In this document: one piece after another, positions 53,926-64,000 of the stretch
Position numbering within the stretch: position 1 is the stretch's first letter
Layout: every line of letters starts with the position of its first letter
Assembly: GCA_022897995.1 (NCBI GenBank)
Contig: GCA_022897995.1_4763.1
Origin: a phage
Direction: 5' to 3' (one strand)
Length of the DNA stretch: 64,000 nucleotides
Position numbers and translations under genes: made by a program
Notes under the pieces: generated by a model
Seen by the model: only the letters and a program-made list of their open reading frames with translations
Databases searched by the model: none
Told to the model about the DNA's origin: nothing

Positions 53926-56694
53926 TTAGAATTTAAAATATTTACTAATTTTGCGAGCAATTTTAGTAAAGAAAGGAGTTTTCAATTCTTTAATTTCTTC
54001 ACTCATTTCCTGAATAGCCTTAATTAAAAGAGCATTCACTGCCGAGTTAGAAATTGTCAGAACGTCAGATCCATCAACTTCAACTTTCGATACAGCTTCC
54101 GGCAATTCTTTTTCAAGATCCTGAGCAATAATACCAGCTTCACGTTTAATCACACTACGATCTTTAATAGACTTAACTTTATCGTAAGTATAAACTTTCA
54201 GACGGCATACTTTTTCAAGTGCTCCGTTTTCTAACTCTTCTTTATTAATCTTAAGACGGTCATCAGAACGAATATAAACATCGTTAAAGTTACCATTACC
54301 AGGACAGTAAAAAGTACCATCATGATGGAACTCGAATACAGCTTGAGGATGACCAGCCGCTGGCGATGCCTCCGCAGATCCAACACGAATAATTGCTTGT
54401 CCCCAATTGTTAGGAACACGACGCATACCAAAATCGACGGCAGTTGTATATCCTTGATTGGTGATTAAACTTCTGCCTTTAATAATTGGGTAATAACTGT
54501 CTGGTCCAACATAGCCGTGGTCAACAAATATCGGCGCTTCTAATCCCCATTGGTCGTTCCAACTTCCAGATTGGCTAGCAGTCCAACGTTCACCATGAAC
54601 ATAGAATCGAACGTTATTGACATGAGTCATTTCGATGCCTTTTGGACTTAGTGCGATATCCCCCGCGTTTGTAATGTATATGGCAGCATTAGTAGCATAA
54701 CTATAGAACGCTAATCCATTATCAGCACCACCTTTACCGATATACCAGTTGTTATTATCAGCACAAGTACCCAACAAATATACCGACGAATCTCCCGTTT
54801 CAGCATTAATGGTAATAGCGTCAGAACCACGATTAACTTTCAGTTTCCCAAAGAATGTATTTTGAATGGTGTTATCACCTTTACGCTCAAATTCGGCTAA
54901 AAATCCTTTTGAGTCACGAAGACTTAAAACGTTATTTCGACCTATATTGCTTGCCCCCCAATGGACGATTTCCATATAGTCCATAGATTGACGAGAACCA
55001 GCTTTAAAGAAAAGATTGTCCTCAAGACGAGTGCTGCCATCAATTCCAAGATGCAAACAACGAGCGGTTTCAGTACCACCTAAATATAATCCACCGTCCG
55101 CAAAATTATAGCTGAATGGTCTGCGATTATTCCAACTACCAAAAGAATCTTTTAAATTGGTAGTAAGAATATGGAAATTAGAACCATCATTGCGTAACAT
55201 CAAACCATAGTTACCGCCTTTGACAGCCAAACGAGCATTTTCAGACAATGCAACTTCGCCATTCATTACAATTTTCTGGCCTTTACCACCAGAAATCTGT
55301 AATTCACCGTTTTCGAGCAAGTTTATCGAGTTTTGACCGTTATCGTTCCACCAAATAAAATCTTTGGTCTGACCATCACCGAAACCAAACCAGCCATTAC
55401 GAACATCTTGTCCAGTGCGATAATCCATAAAATTAAAATGGCTTGCTTCGTTTGGTCCTCGACGAATGTCAATACCGGCATTACCAACACCACCATCCAA
55501 CGTTAATCTCTTGACATGTAACCCGGTTACAGCCGAAAGCAATAATTCCTGACTTGTATCTTCGTATCCAGTAGCAAGACGATATGAGTTAGCATCAACT
55601 GTCTCATGCCAGATAGTGGCAGGAGCACAACTACGGAAGCGACGCAACATCTTTTTAGCATTTGTCGGTTGTTCGTTCAAATGCTCAATGTCATATTGGC
55701 CTTGAGAATTAGCACCAAAATTTAATGTCCCGTGGTTGCGATGAGTACTAAATGAAGTGATTGTATAAGCATCGAACTTTGTTTCAGCTTCCGGTAATTG
55801 ACCTCCTATAAATTGTGGTTTATCATATAAAGTCAGGTTAACATCAGGGCTAGTCTGGTATTCAGCCAACACAAATCCAGTATGACCGGAATAGCTACCG
55901 TATATATCATAAGAGTCACCACCAGTAGGAATAGCACAAAACTTCTGGTCTATATACCAGATGGTCATATAAGCGTTAAACACAACACCAACCGGATTTC
56001 CATTCCCGCTACGCAGAACCAATTCAATAATATTAGCTTGCCCGGTCTGTCCTACATTATAACCATTACCACCAACCAATCTAATTTTAGCACTACGCCC
56101 ATATTGTTGTGGTAGATATACTGTCGCGATTTTAAACCAACCGAACTCAATTCCAAAATCAAGTGTCTTTTGGAACATCCGATCTACTTCTTGTTTGCTG
56201 TACACATTCAATTCCGACGGACTAGGCTTATCACCTTCGTGATACATGCGATATGAATATGCCAATACACCATCAGCGTTATAACCATAGGTTTTTACAG
56301 TAGGAACAACGTTAGAACCATAAGTAAAATCCAACCCACGAGCATGATTTATACCGCTAGGATGGGGAATATGCAAAGCCAATGCTAGATGACCATCCAT
56401 ATCATTAGTACGAAATGCCCCAAATTTATCAAGATTTCGTGAGGTCGGGTCATCGAAATAGTTTGCGGTATTACTCCACACAAGGTCATCCACAACCACG
56501 CGGCCTCTTACATCAAAGCCTTTGTCATAAACAGGAGGGCAGCTTAAATTAACAATTTGCCCATCATCATTTTTTGTAAGCAGATATTGGTCTGCTAAGT
56601 TAATTGCCAACTCTCCCGGATTCATCGTACCAGCATCCGGTTTACGTCCGGCTGCGCTAGTGCGTTTAAACTGGATTCTGTTTAAATCTGCCAT
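53926..56694 (-). CDS. 37: long tail fibre distal subunit gp37 with C-terminal intramolecular chaperone-like domain
   Basis: N-terminus MADLNRIQFKRTSAAGRKPDAGTMNPGELAINL as T4 gp37; C-terminus ...EAGIIAQDLEKELPEAVSKVEVDGSDVLTISNSAVNALLIKAIQEMSEEIKELK resembles endosialidase-type auto-chaperone. Confidence 0.85.
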   Translation of the reverse strand: MADLNRIQFKRTSAAGRKPDAGTMNPGELAINLADQYLLTKNDDGQIVNLSCPPVYDKGFDVRGRVVVDDLVWSNTANYFDDPTSRNLDKFGAFRTNDMDGHLALALHIPHPSGINHARGLDFTYGSNVVPTVKTYGYNADGVLAYSYRMYHEGDKPSPSELNVYSKQEVDRMFQKTLDFGIEFGWFKIATVYLPQQYGRSAKIRLVGGNGYNVGQTGQANIIELVLRSGNGNPVGVVFNAYMTIWYIDQKFCAIPTGGDSYDIYGSYSGHTGFVLAEYQTSPDVNLTLYDKPQFIGGQLPEAETKFDAYTITSFSTHRNHGTLNFGANSQGQYDIEHLNEQPTNAKKMLRRFRSCAPATIWHETVDANSYRLATGYEDTSQELLLSAVTGLHVKRLTLDGGVGNAGIDIRRGPNEASHFNFMDYRTGQDVRNGWFGFGDGQTKDFIWWNDNGQNSINLLENGELQISGGKGQKIVMNGEVALSENARLAVKGGNYGLMLRNDGSNFHILTTNLKDSFGSWNNRRPFSYNFADGGLYLGGTETARCLHLGIDGSTRLEDNLFFKAGSRQSMDYMEIVHWGASNIGRNNVLSLRDSKGFLAEFERKGDNTIQNTFFGKLKVNRGSDAITINAETGDSSVYLLGTCADNNNWYIGKGGADNGLAFYSYATNAAIYITNAGDIALSPKGIEMTHVNNVRFYVHGERWTASQSGSWNDQWGLEAPIFVDHGYVGPDSYYPIIKGRSLITNQGYTTAVDFGMRRVPNNWGQAIIRVGSAEASPAAGHPQAVFEFHHDGTFYCPGNGNFNDVYIRSDDRLKINKEELENGALEKVCRLKVYTYDKVKSIKDRSVIKREAGIIAQDLEKELPEAVSKVEVDGSDVLTISNSAVNALLIKAIQEMSEEIKELKTPFFTKIARKISKYFKF

Positions 56695-56730
56695 TTTATA
56701 AAATCCTTAAACGGTTATTAGAATAATATT

Positions 56731-56757
56731 ATTTAGAAAAGCGGGGAGAATCCCCGC
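56731..56757 (-). terminator. stem-loop with U-tract between genes 36 and 37 (attenuator or terminator)
   Basis: GCGGGGA-GAA-TCCCCGC, on - strand followed by UUUUCUAAAU; same stem as promoter-associated hairpin at 16726-16742. Confidence 0.45.
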
Positions 56758-56762
56758 TAAAA

Positions 56763-58253
56763 TTAGAAAGTACCAAAATCAATCACCGCATTAAGTGGAA
56801 CCGCGCCAACTTCGGCAGGGGTGGGTTTATGCCCTTCGTGGTAAAGTTCAAAGGTATCGGTGTCCTGAGTATTGTCACGGGATTTAACGAAAATAATTTT
56901 AGAATCATGTGTGATTCCTAGTTTCTCGTGCGCTTTAATATCACTAACACGATGAATCATTGCTGTACCATTTAAGCTATTAAGTCCAGCGTAGCAATTA
57001 TCACCATTATAGTTAGATTCTGTGGTATGAACGCCGTTCGCAGCAGGAACCGTCAAAGCGCCAGTCATGGTATCGCCAGTCACATTAACATAGCGAATAT
57101 CAGCCAATTTACGGTGATCTACATAGTTCCATGCAGTCCATGATTCATTAGAACACGAACGCCAGCACATCGGATGGTCAATAGATTCAGGATAATACAC
57201 CTGAACAATTCGACGAGTACCGACCGCATCTTCTGGGCGATATACCATCAAAACGCCGTTATAATAGCTATCAGACGGTTTATTAGTACCTGACCCAGCA
57301 TTTTCCACACGATAGATACCGCGATTAATAAGAGTGTTCCAATCAACGTTTCCAATGATGGTTGGATTTGCTACCATTGATTTTTTCTCAAAGTAGCTCA
57401 AACGAACCAATTCATTAGGACCAGCCGGATCGTTTGTCGCCAACATTCTAGGCGCTTGCAAGTTACCTTCCATAATATCACCAGCACGTTTAACCTGTGC
57501 ATCATTGGTGACATTGCCTAGTCCAACATCGGCTTTAGTTGGTTTATTGTTGGTGTGATAAAAACGACCTTCTCTGCCATTAACAAAAATGGTAGGCTCA
57601 TCTTTACTTCGGAAGACCAACGTATCAAGAACGTTGCCATAATAGATCTTAGTCGCATCAAAATTAATTAAATCACGCTCCCTTGCAATTAATTTCGAAT
57701 CAACCGATAGTTTAACAGTGACAGTGTTTAAATTATATGTTCCTGTGAGGGTATCACCGCGACGAGACACCAAATCTAAATCATTATTCGTTGGTTTATT
57801 AACAGGGCTATAGACGCGTTGACCTGTGTCTTTAATGGTTGTCCCTTCGATAGTCCCTTTAGTTTTAAAATCACCTGTGGTAGTGTCAATATAAGCCATG
57901 ATAACATCATCACGAGCATTAACAAAACCAATAGATTTCCACGAATGCAAACCCCAACTTACACCATCAAAGTTAGCCGCATCACTATTTCCTTTAAAGA
58001 TCCCGTTCTTTTTGGTTTCTCCACCGGATGCGCTACCTACGCTTAAACCTTCCTCAAAATGGACCAGTTTCTGAAATGTACCTCCTTCGGATGCACTAAC
58101 AGCATCAAAATCGGCAGCCGAAGGTTTATCAAAAGCGGTATAGATTTTATGACCTTTGTAGAAAAGCTGATCCCCCGCTGGCTGGATCGTCAAGTTTCCT
58201 TGCGTCCAAATGGGAGATCCGCCTACAGTAGATCCATGTTTCAAATCTGCCAT
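56763..58253 (-). CDS. 36: long tail fibre hinge/distal connector gp36
   Basis: N-terminus MADLKHGSTVGGSPIWTQGNLTIQPAGD resembles T4 gp36 MADLKVGSTTGGSVIWHQGNF; 496 aa, larger than T4. Confidence 0.75.
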   Translation of the reverse strand: MADLKHGSTVGGSPIWTQGNLTIQPAGDQLFYKGHKIYTAFDKPSAADFDAVSASEGGTFQKLVHFEEGLSVGSASGGETKKNGIFKGNSDAANFDGVSWGLHSWKSIGFVNARDDVIMAYIDTTTGDFKTKGTIEGTTIKDTGQRVYSPVNKPTNNDLDLVSRRGDTLTGTYNLNTVTVKLSVDSKLIARERDLINFDATKIYYGNVLDTLVFRSKDEPTIFVNGREGRFYHTNNKPTKADVGLGNVTNDAQVKRAGDIMEGNLQAPRMLATNDPAGPNELVRLSYFEKKSMVANPTIIGNVDWNTLINRGIYRVENAGSGTNKPSDSYYNGVLMVYRPEDAVGTRRIVQVYYPESIDHPMCWRSCSNESWTAWNYVDHRKLADIRYVNVTGDTMTGALTVPAANGVHTTESNYNGDNCYAGLNSLNGTAMIHRVSDIKAHEKLGITHDSKIIFVKSRDNTQDTDTFELYHEGHKPTPAEVGAVPLNAVIDFGTF

Positions 58254-58286
58254 AAAGTAACCTCAAAAATTAGTTATAGTTCCGAG

Positions 58287-58294
58287 TATTTATA
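58287..58294 (-). promoter_or_regulatory. T4-type late promoter (TATAAATA) for gene 36
   Basis: TATAAATA on - strand 33 nt upstream of gp36 ATG; GAGG ribosome-binding site. Confidence 0.65.
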
Positions 58295-58411
58295 GAATGT
58301 TAACAAAATATCGCTTCGCGACGTGCCGTAGGCACTGACTATTTTTTAGCCGAAACAAATTTTCTATTATTCTAAAGATCTTTCTTCGTTTTGGTTATGT
58401 TTTAACCAACT

Positions 58412-58446
58412 GTATAAAAATAAAGCCGACCACATGGATCGGCTTG
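58412..58446 (-). terminator. intrinsic terminator downstream of gene 35
   Basis: - strand AAGCCGATCC-ATGTG-GTCGGCTT then UUAUUUUUAUAC; inverted copy of the 8383/48153 terminator module. Confidence 0.65.
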
Positions 58447-58455
58447 TTAAAAATG

Positions 58456-59595
58456 TTAATCAACATCGAACTCTTTAAAGTTGTTGGATGTGATGTGTTT
58501 ATTATCTCTAGGCAGTTTAAGAAGACTCATTACAGGGTTAGTAAAATCACCGTTATCCTGAATATGAGTTGTTCTAACACCATTAACACCAAATGAAGTA
58601 GGACCAGTAGTTTTGACGACTCCACTGATCGGCGTTATTAGTATGTTTCTAACCTTAACAACACCTTCATTGGAGTTGGTTGGATATCTGATACAACCAG
58701 TTACTACACTATCAACTCCTTCCGGTACGGTATAGACGGCTTCAAACTTTTCCCATTGATCTTTCTGGCTGGCATTATAACGAACGCCAGTTTGATATTG
58801 TCCATCAGTGAAGTAGTTGTGATAGAAACGCGCTGTTACGTTGGCTGCGGCTGCGGCACTATCACGGAACAATTCAAAGGATATTGATAGTTTGTCACCT
58901 GCCTTTATGTTAAAATATTCAAGTGGTGCGCTGATCTCATCATGAGGCCATTGTATTAGCTCGAAATGTTCGGCATCTTCGCTAACATACTCGACCGGAT
59001 AATCTAAAAATCGTTGTGGTGTTCCTGTGACCGCAAGATCATCTATAGTATCATAGACTTTCTCAATCTGTATAGACGAATCTTGCCCTTCTCCGTGAGT
59101 TGCTTGCATACCTTCACAAACAATTTTACCCATTTTAGTAGAATAAATTGCTGCATACGATACACGAGGCATTTGCTGTAATAGAATATAATTAGGGAAA
59201 GACACAGATCCTAACTTAGCAAATATGCCATCACTTACAACATCTGCAAATAGTTCTCCATGTGATGCCATTGCGATAATATAATCACCTTTCAGTAAAG
59301 AAAGATAATCACGCATTGCCAATACAGCACCACGACCATAGAATACCTTTTCTTCGTGCAATTGTCCAGTTGGAGTAAGAACTTTAAAGTTTAGGCCAGT
59401 CTCATAGCCAGTCCCGACGATCTCCACTCCATTAAATCTAATCCTTGCTGGTTTGGAAGAATCCGCATTAGATCCGCGCACTTCCAGCTTATACATCACA
59501 GAGTTGTTTTCTGAAATGCTTGTAAATGTCGCGGAGTCTTCGTCGAAATGCGCAAACTTAATTCCAGTATTGCGTAATTCTATCTCTTGTGTCAT
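58456..59595 (-). CDS. 35: long tail fibre hinge protein gp35
   Basis: 379 aa (T4 gp35 372 aa); position between 34 and 36. Confidence 0.7.
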   Translation of the reverse strand: MTQEIELRNTGIKFAHFDEDSATFTSISENNSVMYKLEVRGSNADSSKPARIRFNGVEIVGTGYETGLNFKVLTPTGQLHEEKVFYGRGAVLAMRDYLSLLKGDYIIAMASHGELFADVVSDGIFAKLGSVSFPNYILLQQMPRVSYAAIYSTKMGKIVCEGMQATHGEGQDSSIQIEKVYDTIDDLAVTGTPQRFLDYPVEYVSEDAEHFELIQWPHDEISAPLEYFNIKAGDKLSISFELFRDSAAAAANVTARFYHNYFTDGQYQTGVRYNASQKDQWEKFEAVYTVPEGVDSVVTGCIRYPTNSNEGVVKVRNILITPISGVVKTTGPTSFGVNGVRTTHIQDNGDFTNPVMSLLKLPRDNKHITSNNFKEFDVD

Positions 59596-59606
59596 AATAA
59601 CCCCAT

Positions 59607-59623
59607 AGGGGGCTTTCGCCCCC
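59607..59623 (-). promoter_or_regulatory. G5/C5 stem-loop between genes 34 and 35
   Basis: GGGGGC-TTTC-GCCCCC immediately upstream of gp35 start on the mRNA. Confidence 0.4.
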
Positions 59624-59630
59624 CTTTTAA

Positions 59631-62600
59631 TTAGTCTTCCCAGATAAAATCTACGGTACGAGTCAGATTATTGGCAATGATTTTAACATTACCAACCTTG
59701 ATCCAGTCACGAACCGTCATAGAGTTCATTAAACCACCTTCGGCAACAACTGCCCCGATTTCCTGAGCGGTAGGCTTGTTCTGTTTGGTGTAAATTTCGC
59801 CCCATGCGGTCCATTGACCATCTGTACCGGAACGGATATAATGCTTATGAGTACCATCAGGCGACCAGATTTGGGTAAGGCCGTTTTCATCAGTACCCCA
59901 TTGCATCAATGTACCATTTTTCTTTTCTGGGTAGGTTTCTTTGATGTTTTGGGTCGTTACTCGCATGTTCCAGAAGCCAATGTTACCAATTGCTGGTGCA
60001 GTAGTAGCGATCGCTTCATGCTTAACTGATACAATAGACGCGTTATCCATAATCAATTTACCAGTCATTGTATCGCCAGCATTCTTAACAAACTGACGGT
60101 TGAGAACTTCGTCTGCGTTTCCTGCGTGGACGATCTGATATTTCTGTCCTGCGATCTCTGTAGTCAGATTCTGATAACCTGCTTTGATGTTAACACTTCC
60201 ACCGTGACCGATATTCAACATACCATCAGGGGAACGAGTCATTGCCGGATTAGACTGATCAACAATGTATAAACCGCCTTGTTTCGCATACAGGTTACGA
60301 CCTGCAATAAAGTCTCGATATGCTGCCGCGTCGCCATTATGTTCCATAGCAAAGGCGTAATGCTCAACAGATCCAGAATCGTCAATCTTACAGAAAGCGA
60401 TAGCATCACTATTAACTGCTTGCGCCGTTCCAGTACCACCAACGATAAGAGACCATGAGTTTTCCATACCTTCTGACAAGGTTGTGCCATGCAGAGTAAT
60501 TCCGGTGTGACCATCAACTCCACGCTCGCCCAATACCAGATGACCATTACTCGGATCATCAGTTGAGTTCTTAGTCACAAAGAGAGTTTCAAAGGAACCG
60601 GATTTTAAGCACTCTAAATCGCCCTCTACGTTGACGTTTTTCTTAAAGGTGTAATTACTCTCGATGGTCTGGTCAATGTCTCTACGCGCCCATTTAGCGG
60701 CCTCTACGTTGCCCAACTTCAAACTATTCTGAGCGGTTGCCATCTTAGGTAAGAAATTAGCAAGTGTGTAGTTTAATCCTTTCGGAGTTACCGCAATCCC
60801 GTCATGCTGATATTCATCAAGCTCTTGAGTAGAACCTTGCAGATCGTCACCAACAAAACAGTTTTCTTGTGTTGCTACTTTCAGGAATCCGCGACGGGCT
60901 TCCGTTGCTTGCCATGTTTCTTCTGTCTGCGCAACATACTTGAAGTTTTTAGGCGAAATTGCTACGTTGTCCATAGTACCAGCGACGGTTTCGGCTTGAG
61001 TACCGACTCGGATAATACCTTCTTTACCCTCGGTGGCCTTTTTGCCTTGCAGCTTTTTAGGAGTAATGATCGTAGCGTCATCTTCTCCTGCGTCCGTAAG
61101 CTGACTAGTTGCAACTTTCGCGACGCCTTTTGTATCTTCGGTTGCATCAAGACCACTGATCATGATACCCTGCCACAAGTCACCAGTAAGGTTAAGTCCT
61201 TGAGTCGGATCTACTTTCAAACGCTGTGCGTTCTCAAAGAAGGTTTTAATCTTCAATGGGGTAGAAATGCGAGCGTCGTCACGACCTGCGTCGAACTCTT
61301 CTTGAGTTGCAATTTCTGCTAAACCATGTAAAGTTTCCGTAGCACGGCGAGTATGCAGTTTTTTAGGTGTGATAATATGTTTATCACTTTGGCCTAAGTT
61401 AGTTTCTTCCTGCGTAGCAATTTCAGCGATACCAGTACGGGATTCGGTAGCAGTACGCTTGGTTAACGTGCGAGTGGTGATCAGCAATGCATCTTGCGGG
61501 GTTGATTCAGTAGCCCCTTGCACTTCCGCGTCAGTTGCCAGATACCCAACACCACGAGAAGTTTCAGTAGCTTTAACTTCGTTGATGTTTTGCGGAGTAA
61601 CGATTTTAGCGTGGTCGTTGATGTTATAGATCCCCGTGCCAGCTTCACCCCTTCGAGCGGCAGCATTACCGCCTACCTGAACAATTTCAGCGATACCAGC
61701 AAGATCCTCGGACGCGCGACGTTCTTCTAACTTCTTAGGAGTGATTGCGCGAGTATCGTCTAAACCTTCGTTGGTTTCATGTTGAGTTGCAATTTCCATC
61801 ACACCACGACGGTCTTCGGTAGCAACACAGTCATTTAACTTTTTAGGTGTAACGATAACATCATCCAGGAAGTTGGAACCAGTATCTTGATGCGTTTCCG
61901 CTTGAGTTGCAATGCGAGCAATACCGCGTCGAGTTTCGTTGGCTGTTTTATTGGCCAGAACCTTTGGAGTCACCGCAACTTCGTCGCTAGGATCATCTTC
62001 ATGGTTTTTGTTTGTTTCATCCTGGTTAGCCAGTGCAATTACACCAACTCGATCTTTACGGGTAGGATCTACTCGTTCTACAATCGGGTGAGCATGTGCT
62101 ACCAACCAGTGTTTCTTACCGTCATCACCTTCTGAATAAGAGAACTCCAGATAAGGTACATAATCATTTGCAGCGTTGAAAGACAATTCAGACACTTCCG
62201 TCCATGTATCGGTCCCATTGAATGGGTACTCGCTACGCTTAGGAAACTGAACCATGTTTTTCTGCATAAGAATTTTTGTATCTTCTGCGGCGGTAATGAT
62301 TCGGCAGGTCTGGTTTCCGTGCATATACTGCATAGAAACTTGGATACGATCGCCAGGCTCGACGTTAGTCGGTAAGGTCAGAGTAACATCATGATCACCA
62401 AATACAGCAACATAGCTATTAGGAGATAGGCGAGTATCATCAATGATTGGATTCAAGCGAACCGACTGATCACCATCCCACACACGCCATAAGTTTTCCG
62501 GCTTGTCAAAGATGAATACACCATGACCGCTACGCTTACCAACAATTTCTTTTAACCCGAAAGTACCGATTGATTGTTCTTGCGCACCTTCATGCACTTT

Positions 62601-63371
62601 TACCGTAACATGGTTGGTTGCCGTCAATCCGTCAAGATCGGTAGTCTGGATCATATCACCGTTATTAGCAAACTTAGGAAGCATCAAAACGATGTTACCT
62701 AAAGAACTACGACGGAATACCTGATCACCGTTTTGCATCTGAATCGGATCAATAGATGGTTGTGCATATACCCCGCGCGGCTCTGTTCCCGTCTGGTAAA
62801 CGTGCCAGCGATTGCGAACAAAAATGAAGTAGTTCATTGCATAAGGGGTAGTACAATACCATTTGCGGTTGTTTACCACACCGTTATGATAGAACTCATG
62901 ACCAGCCGCAAGGAACGATAACTCATTAACACCGCACTTGCCACCGATATCTTTTACTGTTATAGTGTCGCCCTCTGCCGGATTAGTAGGCATTGAGAAT
63001 GTCAAGTTTGCAAACTGACAGTCCGCTGCGATATAATCACCGGACTTTAAAGGAGTATCGCCGGAAGTTGCTGCAACATAATCCCAACGTGGGTCCGTGC
63101 GCAGTGCTTGCCATTTAGTCGGGTCAAAGTCACCTGCTGGTTTTGCGATATCTTCTTTTGCATAATACGGGCGGTTTTGATATATTGTAGTTCCGTATTG
63201 ATCATAACCGCGAGTTGTGTCATACTGAGTAATACCATTATGGTAATTGAAAAATTCAACGTTGACCGCATCCGTTGATGTGTTTTTATCTGCGTATGCT
63301 ACATTGACGACCTTTTCATTACCAGCGTCAAAGCCAAATGTGGCCTTGAAATGTTGAGAAAAATCTGCCAT
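59631..63371 (-). CDS. 34: long tail fibre proximal subunit gp34
   Basis: 1246 aa; PAGDFDPTKWQALRTDPRW, repeated TETRRG(I/V)A(E/R)IAT motifs, C-terminal IGAVVAEGG...VRDWIKVGNVKII as T4 gp34. Confidence 0.9.
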   Translation of the reverse strand: MADFSQHFKATFGFDAGNEKVVNVAYADKNTSTDAVNVEFFNYHNGITQYDTTRGYDQYGTTIYQNRPYYAKEDIAKPAGDFDPTKWQALRTDPRWDYVAATSGDTPLKSGDYIAADCQFANLTFSMPTNPAEGDTITVKDIGGKCGVNELSFLAAGHEFYHNGVVNNRKWYCTTPYAMNYFIFVRNRWHVYQTGTEPRGVYAQPSIDPIQMQNGDQVFRRSSLGNIVLMLPKFANNGDMIQTTDLDGLTATNHVTVKVHEGAQEQSIGTFGLKEIVGKRSGHGVFIFDKPENLWRVWDGDQSVRLNPIIDDTRLSPNSYVAVFGDHDVTLTLPTNVEPGDRIQVSMQYMHGNQTCRIITAAEDTKILMQKNMVQFPKRSEYPFNGTDTWTEVSELSFNAANDYVPYLEFSYSEGDDGKKHWLVAHAHPIVERVDPTRKDRVGVIALANQDETNKNHEDDPSDEVAVTPKVLANKTANETRRGIARIATQAETHQDTGSNFLDDVIVTPKKLNDCVATEDRRGVMEIATQHETNEGLDDTRAITPKKLEERRASEDLAGIAEIVQVGGNAAARRGEAGTGIYNINDHAKIVTPQNINEVKATETSRGVGYLATDAEVQGATESTPQDALLITTRTLTKRTATESRTGIAEIATQEETNLGQSDKHIITPKKLHTRRATETLHGLAEIATQEEFDAGRDDARISTPLKIKTFFENAQRLKVDPTQGLNLTGDLWQGIMISGLDATEDTKGVAKVATSQLTDAGEDDATIITPKKLQGKKATEGKEGIIRVGTQAETVAGTMDNVAISPKNFKYVAQTEETWQATEARRGFLKVATQENCFVGDDLQGSTQELDEYQHDGIAVTPKGLNYTLANFLPKMATAQNSLKLGNVEAAKWARRDIDQTIESNYTFKKNVNVEGDLECLKSGSFETLFVTKNSTDDPSNGHLVLGERGVDGHTGITLHGTTLSEGMENSWSLIVGGTGTAQAVNSDAIAFCKIDDSGSVEHYAFAMEHNGDAAAYRDFIAGRNLYAKQGGLYIVDQSNPAMTRSPDGMLNIGHGGSVNIKAGYQNLTTEIAGQKYQIVHAGNADEVLNRQFVKNAGDTMTGKLIMDNASIVSVKHEAIATTAPAIGNIGFWNMRVTTQNIKETYPEKKNGTLMQWGTDENGLTQIWSPDGTHKHYIRSGTDGQWTAWGEIYTKQNKPTAQEIGAVVAEGGLMNSMTVRDWIKVGNVKIIANNLTRTVDFIWED

Positions 63372-63399
63372 TATTGGGTCTCCTTTTATAGTATGTTCA

Positions 63400-63407
63400 T
63401 ATTTATA
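63400..63407 (-). promoter_or_regulatory. T4-type late promoter (TATAAATA) for gene 34
   Basis: TATAAATA on - strand 29 nt upstream of gp34 ATG, AAGGAG ribosome-binding site. Confidence 0.65.
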
Positions 63408-63443
63408 AAATAAGGCTTGATAGAAACAAAAGAGGATGATATT

Positions 63444-63629
63444 ATGGTTAAAGTTAATTTGTCAGACGGTGCAAAATGGGTAGTTGACAGAATCCCAGAT
63501 AAGGATTATAATCATTTCCGTGCCGAATTAAACAATGCTATTCTGCGAGTTATGGAGAAATACGGGTATGATCGTGAAGTATCTAGCTCGTTTGATGAGT
63601 CTGTTGTTGTGAGAGTGGAGAGAACTTAA
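63444..63629 (+). CDS. small hypothetical protein
   Basis: 61-aa ORF after AGAGGA. Confidence 0.35.
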   Translation: MVKVNLSDGAKWVVDRIPDKDYNHFRAELNNAILRVMEKYGYDREVSSSFDESVVVRVERT

Positions 63630-63631
63630 TT

Positions 63632-64000
63632 ATGACGTATAACCCGTTTACAAAAACTACCGCTACACTTAATGATTTTTTTGATGACCCAGAAGATAAA
63701 CTGCCGGAAGGTGTGCATTTGATTGATATGTCGCAGCTTATGATTGCTACTATCTCTCATACATTTAAGCCGGAAGATCCGATTAATGAAGGTATGATCC
63801 GTCATCTTATCCTTGACACCATGCGTTATAATATGACAAAATTCAAAGAGCAATACCCGATTACGGTACTTGCCTTTGACTCTAGCAAAGGTTACTGGCG
63901 ACGTGATATCGCACCTTATTACAAGCGTAACCGTAAGGAAAAGCGAGACGCAGATCCGCGTGATTGGGATATGATCTTTGCGGCGATCAATAAGATCACC
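63632..64000 (+). CDS. rnh: RNase H (5'-3' exonuclease/FEN), 5' part; continues beyond window
   Basis: GVHLIDMSQLMIATI..., MIRHLILDT, GYWRRDIAPYYKRNRKEKR match remembered T4 RNase H; divergent from gene 34 as in T4. Confidence 0.8.
   Translation, partial: MTYNPFTKTTATLNDFFDDPEDKLPEGVHLIDMSQLMIATISHTFKPEDPINEGMIRHLILDTMRYNMTKFKEQYPITVLAFDSSKGYWRRDIAPYYKRNRKEKRDADPRDWDMIFAAINKIT

Noticed and set aside
60804-61322. + strand ORFs inside the tail fibre genes (e.g. 55882-56115, 57819-58046, 60804-61322, 61887-62135)
   Set aside because: Embedded in gp34/gp36/gp37 coding sequence on the opposite strand; no start context.

Overview
This window is a contiguous block of a T4-like (Tevenvirinae-type) myovirus genome. 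Positions 1-52081 are an early/replication region transcribed on the + strand: dam, nrdC, endonuclease VII, nrdD, nrdG, nrdH, gp55, gp47, gp46, gp45, gp44, gp62, regA, gene 43 DNA polymerase, uvsX, gp41, gp61, a gp56-like protein, dda, dexA, an unsplit gene 39, rIIA, rIIB and gp52, interleaved with many small ORFs. Positions 52117-63371 are a late module on the - strand: holin t, a T2-type gp38 adhesin, and gp37, gp36, gp35, gp34 tail fibre genes, followed by the start of rnh on +. The most notable feature is that gene 43 is interrupted inside polymerase motif A by a 1114-nt insertion with group I intron core motifs and an internal HNH endonuclease ORF. Other points of interest are at least 16 near-identical promoter/stem-loop cassettes, a multi-copy paralogue family in two clusters, a helicase-like P-loop NTPase operon, a secreted DUF1311-like protein, and the absence of gene 42 and beta-gt at the 43-uvsX locus. 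All calls rest on reading the sequence and the ORF track against remembered T4/RB69 proteins; no searches were run, and functions of most small ORFs are unknown.
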